Below are positions 32,374 through 37,488 of a DNA stretch of 37,488 nt, in pieces. This stretch comes from Pseudomonadota bacterium (GTDB lineage: Bacteria > Bdellovibrionota_B > Oligoflexia > Oligoflexales > CAIYRB01). Made by a program: the position numbers and the translations under genes. Position 1 is the stretch's first letter. Every line of letters begins with the position of its first letter. The notes below the pieces were generated by a model. The model searched no databases and was not told the origin of the DNA. It saw only the letters and a program-made list of their open reading frames with translations. The DNA lies in assembly GCA_043750715.1 (NCBI GenBank), contig JAYVBB010000175.1, positions 1-37,488 on the forward strand, given 5' to 3'.

Positions 32374-33604
32374 CTTCGACGAGCCTCAAGCCTTTCGGCT
32401 CACTTTCACCCTCTGTCTGCGCTTTCTCGGAGAAGACGGCGTGAATCAGCAGCAGCCAGAAGAGCTGCCCTGACAGATACATTGGATAAGCGGCGCCCGC
32501 TTCAGTCGCCGAAAAAATCAATGTTCCTGGCAAAGCCATCGTCAACCATGAACGCTCGGTCAGAGGCAAAGGAAATACGGCCCGACGAAGCCGGAGCAGG
32601 TGCGTCCAGACCGCGCTGAGCAACGCCAGCGAAATCAACGCCGCGTGAGGAACGCCGTAGGTCAACGCCTGCGCTAAATAGAAATTGTGCGCGCCACCGC
32701 TCGTTTCCCAGTACATCTTGGTCTCGCGGGACCAAACGGCCGCGTGCGATGCCGCAGATCCGACACCGGCGAGCAGGCTGCTCTGAATCCGCATCAAGGC
32801 GTCCATCCATATCGCCGTCCGTCCGGTAAGGCTAGCGATTTCCTTGCTGTCCTGGCCCCGCGAAAGGTACTCCGCGAAATCGTCAAAAAATGGACTGAGC
32901 ATCAGGCCGACTACGATAGTCGCGAAGATCGCGGGCCGGCTCGGGCGCCACGGTAGCGTCCAAGGCTTCAAGACGAATAGGGCGACGACGGCAGCCGCGA
33001 TGCCCGCGGACGTGCGGGAGCGCGTCAGGGCGATCAGGACGCCGATGACCACGATCACCAGGGCCTTGTGGTACTTGCTCATGAAGTCCGCCGTGAGAAC
33101 GAACGGCAGAGTCATCGCGAGAGCCGCGCCCGTCTGGTTGGGTTGGCTGAAAACTCCGATCATGCGCCCCGACCACCACAGATGCGGCATGGGAACCACA
33201 CCGTCCGCAAGCAGGAGAACCACGGAGGCGCTAGTGAGCGCCACGGCGAACAGCGCGATCGACCGGCGGATCCTCGGCCATTCCTCGCGATTCAAAAAGA
33301 GCGACAGGATCAGCAGAGTCTCGACGTACTCCCGGTGCAACGCCACGTCGTCGGCATGCAGGACCTGCGCGAGCGTGAAGCTGATCATCAGAGGGATGAA
33401 TACGAAGCCGCCGAACCCCGTGACGGTCTTCAACGACGACCGGATCTTTTTCGGATCGAAGGCTACGACCGCCGCTGCCAGCAAAGCCCCTTGAGCTAGC
33501 AAAGGTCCAAACGACGGGCTCGTCATCTTGGTGTGGGTGAGCCACACGCCGATCGCCGAGATCACGAGGTACCAGAAGTATGGCTTGTGGAAATCCTTCG
33601 CCAT
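32351..33604 (-). CDS. O-antigen ligase/polymerase-family (Wzy_C-like) polytopic membrane protein
   Basis: 417 aa with about 10-12 TM segments. A central LTRSRTSAGIAAAVVALFVL segment is followed by a periplasmic loop, as in Wzy_C proteins. Located between the PCP and GT genes. Confidence 0.7.
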   Translation of the reverse strand: MAKDFHKPYFWYLVISAIGVWLTHTKMTSPSFGPLLAQGALLAAAVVAFDPKKIRSSLKTVTGFGGFVFIPLMISFTLAQVLHADDVALHREYVETLLILSLFLNREEWPRIRRSIALFAVALTSASVVLLLADGVVPMPHLWWSGRMIGVFSQPNQTGAALAMTLPFVLTADFMSKYHKALVIVVIGVLIALTRSRTSAGIAAAVVALFVLKPWTLPWRPSRPAIFATIVVGLMLSPFFDDFAEYLSRGQDSKEIASLTGRTAIWMDALMRIQSSLLAGVGSAASHAAVWSRETKMYWETSGGAHNFYLAQALTYGVPHAALISLALLSAVWTHLLRLRRAVFPLPLTERSWLTMALPGTLIFSATEAGAAYPMYLSGQLFWLLLIHAVFSEKAQTEGESEPKGLRLVEGVANESA

Positions 33605-33611
33605 GAAGCCT

Positions 33612-35951
33612 TCAAGAAGTCTTGCGGTAACGCTCGGACGAGTAGCGATAGCGAGCCATGGACCCGAGCTCCACGCCGCTGCCGGACTGGGTCATGATCG
33701 ACATCACTGGAGTGTCGGGCCGGCGATGCCTCTCGACGGACGCCACCGCCTCCTCCATTTCCGCGACGCGCGAGCGACCTTCTCGGCAGCATAGAATGAT
33801 CGAGTCGGCTTGCTCGACGAGGAGGCAGGAGTCGCTGACAAAGAGCGGCGGTCCGTCGATCACGATGGCGTCCACTTCGCGCCGAAGCAACGCCAGGGCT
33901 CGCAGCAAGGTGTCGATGGGGCCGTCCATCGTTACGGGCTGCGGGCCAGTCGCTTCAGCCGAGGGAGAGAAGTGAAAAATCGCAGGCTCCCGCGTCGTCG
34001 CCTGGTCCCGAACCGCATGCTTGATCGTGGCTTCGACGGGCAGGTTCGGCGCGATCTCGTGGACGACGGCCCCTTCGGGGACGTGCGTCATGACGTTGCG
34101 GTCGACGGCGCGCACGTCGAAGTCGACCAGGGCCACGCGCAGGCCTTTGCGCTGCAGCGAATACGCCAGGATGACCGCGGAAACCGATTTGCCCATTTTC
34201 GCCTCATTGCCGCAGACCACCAGCGTGTGGCCAGGGACCTTCGATCCGACGATGCGCTTCTTGATGGCGTAGCCGAGGCGGCTGACGGTGTCGTTGATCT
34301 GGGCCTGCGCGAAGATCGAAAGGCCGCCGCGCCGGGCGCGGAACCGCGGGACGGAACCGATGTACGACGTCAAAGGCAGCGTTTTCAGCTGATCCGCCGA
34401 GAAAATCGTTTCGCGGAGCATGTCGTGAGCGGCCCAGAGCGCCGCAATGATGACCGCCACGAACACGAGTAGAGACAACAGCATCATCGGCTTACTCGAC
34501 GACGAAGTGCTCGCGATCGCCGGATCCTCGATGACGAAGAGGCTGTTGATGTCCGAATCGCTTTGTATCAGGTTTTTGTAGTAGAGCTCCGTCAACACGG
34601 TAAGTACCTGGACGATGCGCGAATGGTCGATCATCATTTGAGACATCTTGGCCTGGAGCTCGGGGAATCTCGCCACCTCGCGCTGGTTTTCCATCAGATT
34701 GGCGTTCGATTCCTCGTAGTACTTCGACGCGGACGCCACCTCGCTTTCGAGCGACGACTGCTGACGGGAGACGTCTTGATAGAGGTCTTTGAGCCTCGGC
34801 AGTTCCAGCAGCTGCTTGCCGTCGCCAGTCGGCGCGACTTTCGCCAGCTCCATCTTCATTTGCTCGAGCTTCTCGTCCAGCAGCGCGTCGCCGCTCCCCG
34901 CGGAGCCGCCGCGAATCTGCACCTTGCCGAGTTGATACCGCCGAATTTCCGCTTGCAGGGCCTCGAACTTGCTCGTGTCGAAGTCCGAGATCTTGCCCTT
35001 CATCGAATCGGAGAGGCTTGCGGCCGTGGTCTTCAGGGTCTTAAGCATCGCCTGACTCGCCAGCACCTTGGCTTTCGCTTCGCCCACTTTCGCCATCGTG
35101 TCGAGCAGGGACTGGTAGCGGAGATCGACGTATCTCTCGTTGTTCGGGAAGGAGTTTTGCCGCACGAAGGAAACGATTTGGTCGGCGCTTTGCGCGAGCT
35201 CCGCCCGGGTGTCGTCGATCTTCTTGCCGAGAAAGGTCACAGTCTTGCGGGTCTGCTCGTTGGCGATCGACCGGTTGAGGTCGGTGAGCGAAGTTGCCAG
35301 GACTTGCGTGATTCTGAGAGCTCTCTCGGGATTGGGATCGCTGAATTCGATCGTGAACGACCCCGCGTCCAGCTCGCTGTTGAATTTGATCCTTTTTTTG
35401 AAGGCCAGATAGTCCCAATCGACGTACTTCTCGCGCGCGACCACGTACTCTTCGCCGAACATTTTCACTTTCAGGGGTCGAAGCCACTGCTTGAATTTCT
35501 TGCTCACCGGCACCGGCTGGTCAGGACCCGGAGCCGCGTCGGACCGGAGCGCTGTCTGAACTTTTCGGTAGATGACCTGTGACGTGATCAGGGTTTCCTG
35601 GCTCGTGATGAATGTGTCGCGTTCCATGGCAGAAAGGTGGCCAGACAATCCGGCGAAGTCTGCGCCTTGCAAGGGAGAAGCCGACGGTGACGTGGCGAAG
35701 ATTTTCAGCGATGCGCTGAGTGGCAAGTCGGAGAAGCGGACGACGGTTAGAATTGCTGGCAAACAAAGGAGCATGGCCAGGAGCATCGGCTTCAGCCGGG
35801 CCCTCGGCACATGACGGACATAAAAAAGAAAATCCTGCTTCAAACCAAAAACCTCGTAACGCTCTATCGGCGCGCCGCGGGCAGGCGTGAATCCAGGGAT
35901 TGGGGCGTTCCGGCAAAGATCGAGGCTTTTATCCCAGGATCGCCGCGGCAT
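33612..35951 (-). CDS. polysaccharide co-polymerase fused to BY-kinase-like P-loop domain (PCP-2a), locus B paralogue
   Basis: N-terminal LKQDFLFYVRHVPRARLKPMLLAMLLCLPAIL (Wzz-type start + TM1), coiled periplasmic region, TM2 (MMLLSLLVFVAVIIAALWAA). Walker A GNEAKMGKS, A' VALVDFDV, B AIVIDGPPL. C-terminal RYRYSSERY. ATG 35951 is preferred; ATG 36008 is the maximal ORF. Confidence 0.85.
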   Translation of the reverse strand: MPRRSWDKSLDLCRNAPIPGFTPARGAPIERYEVFGLKQDFLFYVRHVPRARLKPMLLAMLLCLPAILTVVRFSDLPLSASLKIFATSPSASPLQGADFAGLSGHLSAMERDTFITSQETLITSQVIYRKVQTALRSDAAPGPDQPVPVSKKFKQWLRPLKVKMFGEEYVVAREKYVDWDYLAFKKRIKFNSELDAGSFTIEFSDPNPERALRITQVLATSLTDLNRSIANEQTRKTVTFLGKKIDDTRAELAQSADQIVSFVRQNSFPNNERYVDLRYQSLLDTMAKVGEAKAKVLASQAMLKTLKTTAASLSDSMKGKISDFDTSKFEALQAEIRRYQLGKVQIRGGSAGSGDALLDEKLEQMKMELAKVAPTGDGKQLLELPRLKDLYQDVSRQQSSLESEVASASKYYEESNANLMENQREVARFPELQAKMSQMMIDHSRIVQVLTVLTELYYKNLIQSDSDINSLFVIEDPAIASTSSSSKPMMLLSLLVFVAVIIAALWAAHDMLRETIFSADQLKTLPLTSYIGSVPRFRARRGGLSIFAQAQINDTVSRLGYAIKKRIVGSKVPGHTLVVCGNEAKMGKSVSAVILAYSLQRKGLRVALVDFDVRAVDRNVMTHVPEGAVVHEIAPNLPVEATIKHAVRDQATTREPAIFHFSPSAEATGPQPVTMDGPIDTLLRALALLRREVDAIVIDGPPLFVSDSCLLVEQADSIILCCREGRSRVAEMEEAVASVERHRRPDTPVMSIMTQSGSGVELGSMARYRYSSERYRKTS

Positions 35952-37035
35952 ACGCCTGCACCGCCGCTTCCACCGAAAAAGACCGGCCGCGGCGGCGTAA
36001 GGCGTCACGGGAGGGACTTTCGGCCGCGGCCTCGCGGATCGCGACGGCGAGGCGTTCCGGGTCGCCGGGAGGCACCAGCCGTCCGAACCGCCCCCCTTCG
36101 AGGATCTCGCCAGGTCCGGCCCGACAGTCGGTCGAGACCACGGGACAACCGAGGGCCAACGCTTCGATCAAAACGCTAGGCAGGCCCTCGCGCACGGACG
36201 AAAGCACGAACAAATCCGCGCGTGCAAGATAAGCAAAGGGATTGCAGCTGAATCCGGGCAGGGACACGGCGTCACTGATGCCGAGAGTCCTGGCCTCCGC
36301 TTCGAGGCGCACCCGTTCGGGACCCTCGCCGAGAATCAACAGACGCACCGGCGTGTTTCTGCGGACTATGGCGACTGCCTTCAGCAACGTCGCCTGATCT
36401 TTTTGTGGTGTGAGACGACCGATGTTCAGCAGGAGCGGGCCCGTGCCTGCCGGCAACCACGACTCGTCGACGGGCCTCGTCGCCAACTCGTCGATTTCAG
36501 GGCGAAAGATCGGATTATAGATCACTCGCGCCGGAGGAGATACGACGCCCAGATAGTTCCGAACCGAGTCGGCGACACCTTGGGAGACGGCGATGACCGT
36601 CGCGCTGGACCCGTAGGTCCGTCGAGCGGCGAGCTTTCGCAACCAGCCGAGGCTCATGCTCGCAAAGACGTCGTCGTCATAGGAAAGATGGGCCACGGCC
36701 ACGTGTTTGGCGCGACTTCCCGCCAAACGCAAGGCCAAGCTCGTCGCGATGTTGGCTGCCGTCAGATGGGATACCACGACGTCCGGCCGAGCCCGGCGAA
36801 AGTACGCGACGAGCGGCGGTATCGCCCGCGCCAAGCGGCTGGCGTCGAACCGAATGATGGGGATGCCGAGCTTCGCTGCCCCGAACGCGTCTTCGCCCCG
36901 CGACAACTGAACGACTTCGAGCGTGCCGGGTGCTAGGGATTTCGCCAACCCGGCTAGCAAGTTGACGACCACCCGCTCGGCGCCCCCTCCTGCAAGGTTG
37001 AGCACGACAAATACCGTCTTTTGGGGAACCGCCAT
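35929..37035 (-). CDS. GT-B glycosyltransferase, family 4
   Basis: VFVVLNLAGGGAERVVVNL N-terminus and SVREGLPSVLIEALALGCPVVSTDCRAGPGEIL. First gene of the minus-strand locus-B operon. Confidence 0.9.
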   Translation of the reverse strand: MAVPQKTVFVVLNLAGGGAERVVVNLLAGLAKSLAPGTLEVVQLSRGEDAFGAAKLGIPIIRFDASRLARAIPPLVAYFRRARPDVVVSHLTAANIATSLALRLAGSRAKHVAVAHLSYDDDVFASMSLGWLRKLAARRTYGSSATVIAVSQGVADSVRNYLGVVSPPARVIYNPIFRPEIDELATRPVDESWLPAGTGPLLLNIGRLTPQKDQATLLKAVAIVRRNTPVRLLILGEGPERVRLEAEARTLGISDAVSLPGFSCNPFAYLARADLFVLSSVREGLPSVLIEALALGCPVVSTDCRAGPGEILEGGRFGRLVPPGDPERLAVAIREAAAESPSRDALRRRGRSFSVEAAVQAYAAAILG

Positions 37036-37138
37036 GGACCCTCGCCGCGAAAGGATAATTCTTCCATTTTATCACGTCCGGCAAATTCCGTTCCGCCGGC
37101 AATTCATGGGCCTTCGGGTTTCGGCCGAAAAGAACGGC

Positions 37139-37488
37139 ATGAGTCGCACTCCTTGGCAATTAATAGCTGACCGGCGGGTCCTCGTACTCGCCGGCATCGG
37201 CGTCGTGTCTTCGCTGGCAATGGCGACGATGGAGATGGCATTCGCCGGCGCCCTTCTGCTTCTGATGCGGACCTTGGGGGTGCTCGGCACGAGCCAGGCC
37301 TTGCGGTTTTTTCCAGACAGTGTTGCTTGGACGCCCATGCAAGTCGCCCTGCTTTTGTGCGGCCTGGGGATCGTCCGGGCCATTGCCTACTCTGGCGCCA
37401 TTTTGCAGATCAGGAACACGCTGCGCAGATTCAGCGCCACCGTGCGGTCCCATTCGTCGATCGTCATGTCCTCTACCGTGGCGAGCTG
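37139..37488 (+). CDS. N-terminal part of a fused ABC exporter (membrane domain), 3'-truncated by window edge
   Basis: Absent from the ORF track because no stop is reached. ATG 37139 (or 37106) gives MSRTPWQLIADRRVLVLAGIGVVSSLAMATMEMAFAGALLLLMR...LLLCGLGIVRAIAYSGAILQIRNTLRRFSATVR. This parallels VFLLIIGTIRAVLSALQIFSYGYFMEKFRYLFRHR of the 21035 ABC protein. Divergent from the GT4 operon. Confidence 0.55.
   Translation, partial: MSRTPWQLIADRRVLVLAGIGVVSSLAMATMEMAFAGALLLLMRTLGVLGTSQALRFFPDSVAWTPMQVALLLCGLGIVRAIAYSGAILQIRNTLRRFSATVRSHSSIVMSSTVAS

Noticed and set aside
34563-35582. 339-aa ORF antisense to PCP-B, and similarly 29601..30455, 17082..17942, 13398..14213, 7628..8482 and 708..1424
   Set aside because: Each lies opposite or out of frame to a gene with recognisable family motifs and shows the Arg/Leu/Gly-rich bias of non-coding frames in high-GC DNA.
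37072-37453. Two minus-strand ORFs (103 and 97 aa) at the right edge
   Set aside because: The plus-strand frame, open to the window end and therefore missing from the ORF track, encodes a hydrophobic ABC-membrane-domain N-terminus paralogous to the 21035 protein. The minus-strand products are Arg/Pro-rich.
10189-37488. PEP-CTERM/exosortase-type EPS locus
   Set aside because: I looked for an exosortase-like polytopic protein with the conserved Cys/Arg/His pattern and for PEP-CTERM sorting signals on the secreted proteins. None was evident; the collagen-like protein ends GDRGVRH.
1-37488. Mobile element, genomic island or defence system signatures
   Set aside because: No transposase, integrase, tRNA attachment site, terminal inverted repeats, restriction/nuclease or toxin-antitoxin-like genes were recognised. 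Composition is uniform apart from short AT-richer promoter regions (about 17900-18100 and 25350-25415).

Overview
GC-rich chromosomal segment (about 60-65% GC by eye, strong G/C third-position bias) from a diderm (Gram-negative-type) bacterium. The taxon cannot be fixed from sequence alone. About 38 tightly packed protein-coding genes. I found no rRNA, tRNA, CRISPR array, transposase, integrase or phage genes.
Layout:
(i) 1-6.3 kb: a 5'-truncated ORF, a TrpG/PabA-type amidotransferase followed by a pseudo-receiver protein, and envelope proteins (a secreted beta-rich protein, a Gly/Pro-rich lipoprotein, a FecR-domain membrane protein).
(ii) 6.4-22.8 kb, polysaccharide locus A: a plus-strand run starts with a HAMP-PP2C sensor phosphatase. 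It continues, largely through overlapping stop/start codons, into a secreted beta-barrel-like protein, a YfiM-like protein, a priming sugar transferase, a PCP/BY-kinase, a 175-aa SLBB-only 'mini-OPX', an orphan polytopic Wzy-like membrane protein and a glycosyltransferase. The locus also holds a minus-strand GDP-mannose 3,5-epimerase plus 116-aa capless HAD phosphatase pair, a NodU/CmcH carbamoyltransferase, a GT4 and a fused ABC exporter.
(iii) 22.8-28.6 kb: an overlapping olsB-olsA-like aminolipid operon extended by an M14 metallopeptidase-like gene, an M28 aminopeptidase, a secreted protein with a collagen-like (G-R/Q-D)x11 tract, and a GT8-like transferase.
(iv) 28.6-37.5 kb, polysaccharide locus B: mostly minus strand, carrying paralogues of the locus-A sugar transferase, PCP/BY-kinase, mini-OPX, mini-HAD and ABC exporter, plus a Wzy_C-type polymerase and GT2/GT4 enzymes.
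Most noteworthy: the co-duplicated trio of BY-kinase, SLBB-only mini-OPX and capless mini-HAD occurs where no canonical Wza, Wzb/CpsB phosphatase or Wzx flippase is present. This suggests a non-canonical Wzy-type export and regulation module. All functional calls rest on motif recognition by eye; no database search was run.
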